64,000 nt of DNA from Promethearchaeota archaeon (GTDB taxonomy: Archaea > Asgardarchaeota > Lokiarchaeia > Sigyniarchaeales > SOKP01): assembly GCA_016839765.1 (NCBI GenBank), contig JAEOTP010000043.1:64001-128000 (forward strand), in the 5' to 3' direction. Shown piece after piece: positions 39,181 to 48,583 of the stretch. Under the pieces are notes generated by a model. That model was not told the DNA's origin, ran no database searches, and was given only the letters and a program-made list of their open reading frames with translations. The number at the start of each line of letters is the position of its first letter. The stretch's first letter is position 1. Position numbers and translations under genes: made by a program.

Positions 39181-39873
39181 GTGTTAAGAATGTCGCAAGA
39201 TGAAAAATATAAGGAAATTATTAAAAGAGAAATGGCAAAATTAAATAGACCTGTTAAACTTAAAGTAGTTACTTCTCAATCAGCTAAACCAGACGGAACT
39301 AAAATACGAGCATGTATGGATTGTGATCAATTTTTGTCTCTTTTACGAGTATATGAAGAAAATTCAAATGGTCTATTAACTATTGAAGAATTATCAATTG
39401 ATGAAAACCCTGATTTCGCCAAACGGTATGATATTCAACGAGTTCCTACAATATTATTCATTGATGAACAAGGAAGGGAATATATTCGTTATTTAGCAGC
39501 CCCTCAAGGCGGTGAAATCCAACCATTTATCCAAGCAGTCTTTACATTTGCAGGAGCTCCCAATTATTACGAAGCCACAATAAAGAAGAATCTAGATCGC
39601 ATATCTCCCTCTACACTGAAAATCATGATAACTAATCAATGTCCCTATTGCCCTCAGGTTGTTACTATTGCAAACCAATTTGCAATTGCGTCTGAAGGAA
39701 AAGTTAGAACTGTTGTTGTAGATATTATGGCAAATCCAGATATTGGTCAGTATTATGATGCGGCAGGGGTTCCTTACACTATTATAAATGACCAAAAAAC
39801 ACTGGTTGGTATGATTGGACCCAATGAAATCCTAAGGGCATTAATTGGAGGTAATATTCGTGTTCAATATTGA
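39181..39873 (+). CDS. Protein disulfide oxidoreductase, copy 2
   Basis: CMDC and CPYC; RVP and GVP. Confidence 0.88.
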   Translation: MLRMSQDEKYKEIIKREMAKLNRPVKLKVVTSQSAKPDGTKIRACMDCDQFLSLLRVYEENSNGLLTIEELSIDENPDFAKRYDIQRVPTILFIDEQGREYIRYLAAPQGGEIQPFIQAVFTFAGAPNYYEATIKKNLDRISPSTLKIMITNQCPYCPQVVTIANQFAIASEGKVRTVVVDIMANPDIGQYYDAAGVPYTIINDQKTLVGMIGPNEILRALIGGNIRVQY

Positions 39874-39874
39874 T

Positions 39875-40804
39875 ATGGAAGGTATTGATTTAGAAAAAAT
39901 ATATGATTTAATTGTCCTAGGAGGAGGACCAACTGCAATTGGTTGCGCGATTTATGCCGCAAGATTCGCAATGGATGTTTTGATTATAGGAAAGATCTTT
40001 GGTGGCCTAATTGCGACAACCCATCTTGTGGAGAATTATCCAGGAATAACCTCAACAAGCGGTCAGGGGTTAATGGAAATGTTCAAGGATCATATGGATT
40101 CATTAAGTATACCATATATATCGGATGAGATAAGAAGTATAGAAAAAATAGACGACTATTTTGTTTTACACTCTTTTTTTCAACAGTTTAAAGCATATAC
40201 AGTTTGTATCGCAACTGGTTCAGAAAGAAAAAAGTTGGGAATTCCAGGTGAAGAAGAATTCGCTGGAAGAGGGGTATCTTACTGTGCAACTTGTGATGGC
40301 CCTTTTTATAAGGATAAAACTGTGTGTGTAATTGGTGGGAGTGATTCAGCTGCAAAAGAAGCTTTATTTTTAGCTCAGAACGTTAAGAAGGTATATATTA
40401 TTTATCGTGGCGAAGAAATTAGAGCCGAGCCAATTAATAAAAAAAGAGTGTATGAAAATGATAAAATTGAAATCATAAATAATACCAATATAGTAGAAAT
40501 TAAAGGAGATACTAAGGTTAAATCAGTTATTTTTGAAAGTGGAAAAGAATTTAAAATAGATGGTGTATTCATCGAAATTGGATCGCTTCCAAATTCAGAT
40601 TTAGCAAAAAAATTAGAAGTAGAAACAAATAAAAAAGGAGAAATTAAGATTAACCGAAAGTCTGAGACTAATGTACCTGGAATATTTGCTGCTGGAGATG
40701 TGGCAGATGCTCCCTTTAAACAAGCGATTACAGGAGTTTCTGAAGGTGTAATTGCCGCTTATTCTGCTTTTGATTACCTAAAGCAAACAAAAATAGAGTA
40801 TTGA
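39875..40804 (+). CDS. trxB: Thioredoxin reductase (start moved to in-frame ATG 39875)
   Basis: [34 protein letters not shown]. Confidence 0.93.
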   Translation: [309 protein letters not shown]

Positions 40805-41029
40805 TTTCATTTTCTGTTTATTTATTGAATTATTAACTTTAGTTTTTCATTTCGTAATATTAATTTTTGAAATCTAATTCTAAGACAGAGAAAGTAAGGA
40901 TAATAGTGGGATCATAAGTAATCTTTAACATTAAGCAATTTTATTTTGCTTTCTTTTATTTATTCTTTAAGAAGCTCTTATCTTTATTAATTCATAGTTA
41001 GCACTAAAAATTTGACAAGCTCGTTGAAC

Positions 41030-41045
41030 TTACGAAATATCGTAA
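41030..41045. promoter_or_regulatory. Palindrome TTACGA-AATA-TCGTAA, candidate DtxR/MntR operator
   Basis: Just upstream of the TATA-like element of the ZIP-DtxR gene pair. Confidence 0.55.
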
Positions 41046-41098
41046 AATTCAAATATTCTTTTATACTAATTACAATAAAAAAAAGTGAAAGTGATTAA

Positions 41099-41854
41099 AT
41101 TATTTTAGTATGGATTATTGTCTTTAGCATTTTAGGAAGCTTAGGAGCTATTTGTGCAGCAGCAATATTTATACTCTTTAATGAAAAAGTTCAAAAATTA
41201 ATGATTTCTATCCTACTTTCTTACGCTATTGGAGTTTTACTTACAGCATCTTTATTTGGTTTAATACCTGAAGCAATAGAAAGTGTAGGAGAACCTCATC
41301 TTATAATGCTATTTGTCTTAGGTGGAATATTGTTCTTTTTCATCTTAGAGAAGATCATAATTTGGCGTAATTGCCAAGATGAGGTATGTGATATACATAA
41401 CGCTGCTGGGCCTCTTGTCTTAATAGGTGATGCAGTACACAATTTTACTGATGGTGTTGTTATTGCTGCGGCTTTTTTAACCGATTTTTCAGTTGGTATT
41501 GTAGTTGGTCTTTCTATTCTGATACACGAAATCCCACAGGAGACGGGTGATTTTGGTATTTTGTTACACGGTGGTTATTCACGAAGCAAGGCATTTTTAT
41601 TAAATGCTATTTCAAGTATGGCTACAATTCCATCTGCAATTATTAGTTATTTTGTATTAGATGTGTTCTCCATAGCTGTACCTTATTTATTAGCAATTTC
41701 TGCGGCTAGTTTTATTTATATAGCTTTAACCGATCTTACTCCTCAACTTCACCAAAGGGCTAATCCCAAATACTCAATTCGCCAAATAGTTCTAATCTTA
41801 ACAGGTATAACAACTATGATACTTATCATAATGCTCACTATTCACCAACATTAA
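41099..41854 (+). CDS. ZIP family metal transporter (5' end extended beyond ATG 41201)
   Basis: LIPEA, HNFTDG, HEIPQE, FIYIA...DLTP; frame open back to 41099 and encodes TM1 (ILVWIIVFSILGSLGAICAAAIF). Confidence 0.85.
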   Translation: MILVWIIVFSILGSLGAICAAAIFILFNEKVQKLMISILLSYAIGVLLTASLFGLIPEAIESVGEPHLIMLFVLGGILFFFILEKIIIWRNCQDEVCDIHNAAGPLVLIGDAVHNFTDGVVIAAAFLTDFSVGIVVGLSILIHEIPQETGDFGILLHGGYSRSKAFLLNAISSMATIPSAIISYFVLDVFSIAVPYLLAISAASFIYIALTDLTPQLHQRANPKYSIRQIVLILTGITTMILIIMLTIHQH

Positions 41855-41897
41855 AACAACTCATTATTCTTTCATAAATTTCATTTGTGGTTGAAAA

Positions 41898-42320
41898 ATG
41901 CTTGATATTGATAGTAAAGTGTTAAAATATCTATATAAGTATCCAACACAAAAAGTGGGGGAAATTGCAAGAAAATTTGGATTAGCTCATTCCACAATAG
42001 GGAGTTCTGTTAAAAGATTGGAAAAAGAAAATTTAGTTAAATATAAAAGATATCAATTGGTTGAACTTACAGAGAAAGGCAAAGATTTAACTATTGAATT
42101 ATCTAGACACGCGCAATTACTTGAATTATTGCTTTGTAACGAATTAGGAATTACAGCAGAACACGCCCATCAAGAAAGCGAGAAGTTTAATCTGCTATTT
42201 TCATGCGAGACTATTAACAAAATTTGTGAAAAGTATAATCATCCAAAAACATGCCCCTGTGGAGATGTAATAAATAATTCTCCTAATTGTTTCTGTGAAG
42301 AATATACAAGGGAATTTTGA
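41898..42320 (+). CDS. DtxR/MntR family metal-dependent regulator
   Basis: wHTH ...VKRLEKENLVKY...VELTEKG, RHAQLLE, HPKTCPCG. Confidence 0.85.
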   Translation: MLDIDSKVLKYLYKYPTQKVGEIARKFGLAHSTIGSSVKRLEKENLVKYKRYQLVELTEKGKDLTIELSRHAQLLELLLCNELGITAEHAHQESEKFNLLFSCETINKICEKYNHPKTCPCGDVINNSPNCFCEEYTREF

Positions 42321-42396
42321 TTGTTTTAGATTAAGAACCGAATTATTATAGAATATAATCTAAATAGATAAAAATTAATTTATTTTAGCATATTTA

Positions 42397-42636
42397 ATGA
42401 GTGAAGTAAATAATCAACCTAATATTGAGAGTTATAGATTTCACCATATAGATACTAATAAATGTAAGCAGTGTAAAGATTTTTCATGTGAAGAAGCTTG
42501 TTTCAGAGGAATTTATGAGGTTATTAATAAAAAAAATCAACCAAAATGCATTGTCATTGAAGAACGGGAAGATCGATGTGTTAAATGTCATATTTGTACA
42601 ACTACTTGTAAATTAAGAGCAATTACTATAGATTAA
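42397..42636 (+). CDS. 4Fe-4S ferredoxin-like protein
   Basis: CKQCKDFSCEEAC and CVKCHICTTTC. Confidence 0.8.
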   Translation: MSEVNNQPNIESYRFHHIDTNKCKQCKDFSCEEACFRGIYEVINKKNQPKCIVIEEREDRCVKCHICTTTCKLRAITID

Positions 42637-42808
42637 TCTTTTTTACCTATTTTTAATTAGCTTGAATTTCAAAGTAGTAAAGTCATCATTTTTAAGTTAT
42701 TTTTTTCCGATACTTAACGTATTTTATGATTGAAAAATTATAAACAATAAATTACAAAAATTATTATTCAAATTATAAAATCAAAATAATTTTTAGAAGG
42801 AATAGTAT

Positions 42809-43348
42809 ATGATTTCAGAAAAATTAAAACTTGATGATATCGATCGACAAATAATTACTCTAGTACAAGAGGATCCAAATCTCACACATACTCAGATTGC
42901 TGAAAAGATCAATCGATCCCAACCTACAGTAGGTATGCGGATAAAAAAGCTTGAAAAAGAAGGAATACTTCAATTTCAACCAGGAATTAACTTTAAGAAG
43001 GTGCAGCTCCATTTAGCGACTGTTGAAATTAATACCCGTAATCCTGAAGAAGTTTTGGAAATGGGAACGTGTTGCCCATTTATGTTAAATGCTTTTAGGT
43101 TAAGTGGAGATCATAATATTTGTATACTCCTTACTAGTAGTAGTTTAAGTAAACTTGATGCTATTGTTAATTATCATTTTCGAAAAAATCCAGAAGTGAG
43201 TTCAGTATCAATGGAAATAGTTACAGATATAGCAAAAGATTTCGTATTACCTATTGATTTTGATTCTGAACATCATGAGCCTAATGATGAAGTAGGTTGT
43301 GGAGAGAAATGTAAATATAAACTAGCTAAAATGAGAGGAGACATTTAA
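42809..43348 (+). CDS. Lrp/AsnC family regulator
   Basis: LDDIDRQII...IAEKINRSQPTVGMRIKKLE; RAM domain with CCPF. Confidence 0.88.
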   Translation: MISEKLKLDDIDRQIITLVQEDPNLTHTQIAEKINRSQPTVGMRIKKLEKEGILQFQPGINFKKVQLHLATVEINTRNPEEVLEMGTCCPFMLNAFRLSGDHNICILLTSSSLSKLDAIVNYHFRKNPEVSSVSMEIVTDIAKDFVLPIDFDSEHHEPNDEVGCGEKCKYKLAKMRGDI

Positions 43349-43403
43349 TAATAAATTATTCTTAATTAACTCATTAAATTTGAATAAAAAAAAAGATTTT
43401 AGG

Positions 43404-43973
43404 CTATTTTTCTTTCTCTATTTGATCAAACTTATATTTAGGAAGATTTACATTAAGGTTGCAATTTGGTCCACAATTATCTGAATGAAAATCAAACCTT
43501 TCAATTTGAAAATCAATAGGGACAACAAAATCGTGTACAGATTCTATTAGTACATTCGTTTTTACATTAATTACATTTGGATCTTTTCTAAAGCATACAT
43601 CCACTAGTCTTTCAATTGTTTGGAGATCTGAAGCAGATATAAAACATAATAAATTAAATTCACCAGAAATTTTAAAAGCATGATTAATAAAAGGACAATT
43701 CTTAATTTTTTTAACCACCGATTCGACATCTTTAGTAGATATAAACACTATAGCCACTTTTATATCAACCTTTTTAATATTAAATCCAACTTGTTTTGTT
43801 AATAAATTTTTACGCTCTAATTTAATAATTCGAGCGCCAATTGCAGGCTGACTTTTCTCCACTTCGATAGCAATCTGGCTATGAGTAATATCTGGATCAT
43901 TTTCAATCATTTCAATGATTTTGTAATCGTCATCATCAATATTTAATAATTCCTTAAAAGTTTTCTTTATCAT
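43404..43973 (-). CDS. Lrp/AsnC family regulator (paralogue of the neighbour)
   Basis: THSQIA...SQPAIGARIIKLE; NCPF; DFVVPIDF. Confidence 0.88.
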   Translation of the reverse strand: MIKKTFKELLNIDDDDYKIIEMIENDPDITHSQIAIEVEKSQPAIGARIIKLERKNLLTKQVGFNIKKVDIKVAIVFISTKDVESVVKKIKNCPFINHAFKISGEFNLLCFISASDLQTIERLVDVCFRKDPNVINVKTNVLIESVHDFVVPIDFQIERFDFHSDNCGPNCNLNVNLPKYKFDQIEKEK

Positions 43974-44251
43974 CTTTCTAATCTTCTACCTTTTTGGATT
44001 TTGATTAATTATTAATTGATTTATTCCTTGTACCTAGAGAGGGATTTCTAATTTAAATTTTGTTTCTATGAATATAAAATTTAATTATACTTATTATTAA
44101 GAATTATGAATAGTTATGATTAAGATCTTTTATTTTATAAATTATTATCTGGAACACCTTATATTGATAAAGGTTTGTCATTTAAAAAGAGTTAAATCGG
44201 AATAATTTTTTAGCTAAAAGAGACATCTATATATTTATTATGTTTTTGACA

Positions 44252-45223
44252 TTAAAGAATACTGATGAAAAGATTTAATATTACAATGATAATAATAAAT
44301 CCAATCATTCCTATCAAAAATTTTAGAGGTTCTCCTTTTTCTTTCTCAGGAATGACTTCTCTTACAATTATATATAAGATTATTCCTGATATAAAAGAGA
44401 ATGCGATAAATAAAAGCTCAGTGTTAAGATCGATAAAGATTTTAATAATAAACCCAATAAGAATACCAGATATAGCTGAAGTTGCTAATAAATATTTCTT
44501 AATCGATCTGGTATCAATTTCCGGCTTTTCATAAATATCCAAATCAGTAAAAATGATATGGACTTCTGATCTGTTTGTTATAATTGTTCGGAACCAAGCA
44601 AATATAAAAAAGAGTATTCCATCTACAATATTAATTAATAATAATCCTACTAAAATAATACCCACTAGAAAATGATAAATATAATCAGTAAGATATCGAA
44701 ATTTTGATAAATCCTCATTTATATGGTTTTGAATTTTGATCTTATATTTTTGGATTTCATTAATCACGTCTTCTTCTTGTTGATTCAAAGTTGATAGGGT
44801 TTGAGCGATATCTCTTAAAGTATATTCATCTAAATCGCTCTTTTTTAGCTCATTAGTCAATATCTTTTCCATATTTTTTTCAACTGACTCTAAAATCTTT
44901 TCTTTTTCAAGTAATTTTCTCATTCTTTTTTGCGAACGACTCTCTACTTTTTGTAATATCAATTTTTCACTAATATGGATAAAACAAAATCCTAATAAAA
45001 CGAATAGGTATTCTAAAAATTTTAAATGAAAAGGATATTCAGGTAAATTTCCTGCTATTTCAGGTAATACAATTATAAAGAAGTACGCTACTGAAATACC
45101 AGCTATTAATGAGACATGTAATTTAAGATGTTTTTGTTCGTAAAAATCAGCGATAAAAAATAGAACACCAAATACTAAAGATAAAATTAAAACGGTTATT
45201 AAATCAACTAACATTAAATACAA
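44252..45223 (-). CDS. ZIP-like membrane protein with cytoplasmic coiled-coil insertion
   Basis: SLIAGISVAYFFIIVLPEI and SGIILYIIVREVIPE resemble ZIP TM2/TM7; ~85-aa charged insert. Confidence 0.55.
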   Translation of the reverse strand: MYLMLVDLITVLILSLVFGVLFFIADFYEQKHLKLHVSLIAGISVAYFFIIVLPEIAGNLPEYPFHLKFLEYLFVLLGFCFIHISEKLILQKVESRSQKRMRKLLEKEKILESVEKNMEKILTNELKKSDLDEYTLRDIAQTLSTLNQQEEDVINEIQKYKIKIQNHINEDLSKFRYLTDYIYHFLVGIILVGLLLINIVDGILFFIFAWFRTIITNRSEVHIIFTDLDIYEKPEIDTRSIKKYLLATSAISGILIGFIIKIFIDLNTELLFIAFSFISGIILYIIVREVIPEKEKGEPLKFLIGMIGFIIIIVILNLFISIL

Positions 45224-45322
45224 TGATTTAATTATAATTTTTTAAAGTTGTCATTATGATTTCTTTATTTGAAACGATTTAAATTATTAGCTTTAGTGAA
45301 AAATATCTACTACCTGAAAATA

Positions 45323-46225
45323 ATGGATTTTTTAATTATATTTTCTTCCAAAGATACTGCTTCAATGAATATGTATGATAAATTATTAAATTCTGAGTCC
45401 TTTTCATTTGGAAATGCCGATTTCGAATGGAATGAAAAACCAGTTTTTAAATTAGAAAAATTTTTAATAGATCAGAATAAAAATTTATATCTCAATGATA
45501 TAGGGATATATCTTGGATTAACAGATGAGAGATTAATATTTTTAGATGAATTAAAATTAAATAAATCTGTTTTTAATCCTGATTTTCTCATATTTGCCAG
45601 CCGTCATACATCTAAGACAGCAAGACCGGCTCTATTAACCCATACTACGGGAAATTGGAGTGACAATATCGAATTTGGAGGACAACCACAAGAAATTTCT
45701 AAATCTAGTGCATTACTTCATAAGGCAGGATTTTTTTCTTTAATAGAACAAGCTACAATTTGGTCTTTAGAAAATTTTGTTATAGATATCGAAGTAACTC
45801 ATCATGGTCCTACAAGTTTAGAAAAACCTTTAATATACATGGAACTTGGTAGTAGTAAAAAAGAATGGGGAGATAATAACGCAGGTGAAATTCTTGCAAA
45901 TGCAATATTAAATACAATTTTTAAATATATACAATTTAAAGAAGGGAGTCAAAATAAAATTGGATTAGGCTTTGGTGGAACTCATTATGCTCCAAATTTG
46001 AATAGATTAATTAGAACAAAAAACATAGCTATATCATTCATTTGTCCAAAATATTTCATTCAAAACTTAAATCATGAAATGATAGAAAAAATGATTCGGA
46101 ATACATTTGAAGATATTGACTTTTTCATAATAGATTGGAAGGGTACAAATTCTGATGATAAAAAACATTTAATTCCAATGTTAGAAGAATTTGAAATTCC
46201 AATAAAAAAGACAAAAGATTTCTAA
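45323..46225 (+). CDS. dtdA: Archaeal D-aminoacyl-tRNA deacylase (DTD2); start moved to ATG 45323
   Basis: ASRHTS, THTTGNW, EVTHHGPT, ELGS, GGTHYAP, IDWK. Confidence 0.9.
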   Translation: MDFLIIFSSKDTASMNMYDKLLNSESFSFGNADFEWNEKPVFKLEKFLIDQNKNLYLNDIGIYLGLTDERLIFLDELKLNKSVFNPDFLIFASRHTSKTARPALLTHTTGNWSDNIEFGGQPQEISKSSALLHKAGFFSLIEQATIWSLENFVIDIEVTHHGPTSLEKPLIYMELGSSKKEWGDNNAGEILANAILNTIFKYIQFKEGSQNKIGLGFGGTHYAPNLNRLIRTKNIAISFICPKYFIQNLNHEMIEKMIRNTFEDIDFFIIDWKGTNSDDKKHLIPMLEEFEIPIKKTKDF

Positions 46226-46248
46226 AAATAAGGTTAATAATAAGGAAG

Positions 46249-47181
46249 CTATTTCAGGTCTGCTTTTATTTTTTCGTAATATTTTACCAAATTCTTAAAT
46301 ACATAATGAGATGCAATATATCCTTGAGTCGCTGCTTTTTCTAATATCTTATTTAAGAATTCAGGATATTCAATGTTTCCTTCTACACTAACATTTAATT
46401 CTCGTATATTATAATAACTCCTCCAAAAAAGGGTAGGCCATTCAACTAAAGGACGAAGAGATTGATTGTATTTTTTATTACCAGTTTCACTCAGTTCTAA
46501 TTCCTTATCAGTTATGTAATAAATTAATTTTCTTTTCTTCGGTCTTTTAGCAACTTCACTTAATTCTGATTCCTTATCGGTGCCGTAATAAACGTATCGT
46601 ATCGTTCTTTTAATAATTCCATCCGTGATGATTTCTTTCAAAAATTTACGTAACCTTGGTAGAGTGATATCAATATTTACCTTTTTCAAATTTTCAAGAA
46701 TTTCTTTTTCTCTCAATCCATTTAACTTTATCCTTATATAACTTCTTGCAATTATATTGTATTTTAATGGTACTGAATCATGATCCAATTGATTATATTG
46801 TACTAAATCACCAAGAATCTTTTTTGCTACAATGTAATTTAAGAGTAATTGATCATGATTCGAAAAATCTTCTTTAAACTGCTTTGAATCATTAAAATAC
46901 AATTGAAATAAAGTAGTTAATAAAGATTTTATAGAATGAAACCCATCTTCAAAAGATAGTCTCACCTCATCTAATACTTTAATCCTATAATCAATATCTT
47001 GTAAAAACTTATCTTTTTCAACAGGGATTTGACGTACAAGATGGGGTTTTTTATTTAATTTTTTTAAATTTCCATCCCATTCCTTTTCAAATCGATAAGA
47101 TTGGGTTTTTGAGATTCCCGAGAGTTTGAAAACAACTTCATAAAGTTTATTTAGAAATCCTTCTTCATCAAGCTTTGTCAT
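46249..47181 (-). CDS. Hypothetical protein, possible winged-helix segment
   Basis: Long ORF with coding composition; internal 23-aa duplication. Confidence 0.55.
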   Translation of the reverse strand: MTKLDEEGFLNKLYEVVFKLSGISKTQSYRFEKEWDGNLKKLNKKPHLVRQIPVEKDKFLQDIDYRIKVLDEVRLSFEDGFHSIKSLLTTLFQLYFNDSKQFKEDFSNHDQLLLNYIVAKKILGDLVQYNQLDHDSVPLKYNIIARSYIRIKLNGLREKEILENLKKVNIDITLPRLRKFLKEIITDGIIKRTIRYVYYGTDKESELSEVAKRPKKRKLIYYITDKELELSETGNKKYNQSLRPLVEWPTLFWRSYYNIRELNVSVEGNIEYPEFLNKILEKAATQGYIASHYVFKNLVKYYEKIKADLK

Positions 47182-47423
47182 TCAATAAGAACCCTAACCT
47201 TATTCATTCAAAATTTAGTAGATTAATATTTATTAAACTCAAAAATTTTTAAATCTTCATTAGTTTATCAACAGAAAAAAATAATGTATTAATAATTAAA
47301 AACTAATTTATTTAAGGAATAGATAAAGTAATTTTCTTATTTTTATATCTAAAGTATTTTTCTTATACTAAAAGAAAAAAAAATAATAAATTTGAATAGA
47401 TTTTTATAAATTTATTAAGAACT

Positions 47424-47903
47424 TCACTTAATTTCAGTTGGTCTTCGAAATAATATAATAAGACTATATATACATATCGCAATTACAATACTATCAGCAA
47501 CTATACGCACTGGTAAGACTATACTACTATATCCTGCTATTGATAAGAAGACAACTGCCCGAATTCCAAGAATTAAAGTAAAACTTGCTAATATGAGGAC
47601 TATAATAGTGATAGCTTTACTTCTTTTAAGTACGAGTGTTAAAACACCGAAAGTTACTGAAAAAGCGAGATATATCACACCTATAATAATCATTCCTATT
47701 ACAAAAAATAGGCCAGCTAAAGCTGCCGCAATTCCAAACGCTATAGCTTCTGCGAGATTAGAGGCTGAAACGTCAATTCCAAAATTAAAAAGAACTGCTA
47801 ACGCATTAATCTCAGAAGGCATGAAAGCCATTACTAAAATAGTCATAGAACTTAAAAGTATAATGATACCAGCGACAATTTTTAGACTATCAACTACTGC
47901 CAT
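47424..47903 (-). CDS. Hypothetical four-TM membrane protein
   Basis: Four hydrophobic segments; GTGAT RBS upstream. Confidence 0.65.
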   Translation of the reverse strand: MAVVDSLKIVAGIIILLSSMTILVMAFMPSEINALAVLFNFGIDVSASNLAEAIAFGIAAALAGLFFVIGMIIIGVIYLAFSVTFGVLTLVLKRSKAITIIVLILASFTLILGIRAVVFLSIAGYSSIVLPVRIVADSIVIAICIYSLIILFRRPTEIK

Positions 47904-48117
47904 ACTAAATAATCACTTTCTTTTTATTTTGTTAAAACTTAAAAATTGAAATTTTATAAAAATAATTTAAGATACATCTTAATTTATAAATTTCTAAAAA
48001 AATGTTAAAATTAAATTTTTCTCGGGCTAGATAGAAAATAAATTGAAATAATAAATTTTTATGACATATTAAATAATTTTAGATCATAGAATCAAAACAA
48101 AATAAAAGGTTAGAATT

Positions 48118-48498
48118 TTGAGAATTGACCATATTGCCGTTGCTTCTAACTCAGAAAACTCCTCTGATAAATTCTTTATTGATTTATTAGGATTAAGAAA
48201 AGTTAGAACTTTTATAGTTAATGAAAATCTGATGGAAAAATTTTTTGGAGTTAAAAAAGAACAGGAAATAATAAGATATTCTGACGAAAAAATCGATATA
48301 GAAGTATTTATTACTAAAGATAATAGCAATGTTAAAGATATTTTCACTCATTCTTGTTTAATTATTGAAGATAGAGATAGATTAGTGTCTAAAGCAAGAT
48401 TAATGGGTTATGATGTAATTAAAGTACCACGAGAAAATAGTGATATTTACTATCTTTTCATTAAAGACTCCTATGGAAATTTATATGAAATTAAATAA
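48118..48498 (+). CDS. VOC/glyoxalase family protein
   Basis: IDHIAV, THSCL, FIKDSYGNLYEI. Confidence 0.82.
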   Translation: MRIDHIAVASNSENSSDKFFIDLLGLRKVRTFIVNENLMEKFFGVKKEQEIIRYSDEKIDIEVFITKDNSNVKDIFTHSCLIIEDRDRLVSKARLMGYDVIKVPRENSDIYYLFIKDSYGNLYEIK

Positions 48499-48583
48499 CA
48501 GTAAAACTTTTTAGTCTGAATAATTATTTGAGGAATAGGATAGGATTATTAACTTTTTGCCTTATGAATGGAGGAAACTAAAA

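Noticed and set aside
40805-41030. Small ORF or structured RNA between trxB and the ZIP gene
   Set aside because: Only a 23-codon minus-strand ORF without RBS or motif; no convincing stems
46530-46552. Nuclear localisation signal KRPKKRK
   Set aside because: Lys-rich patches arise easily in an AT-rich genome; no supporting context
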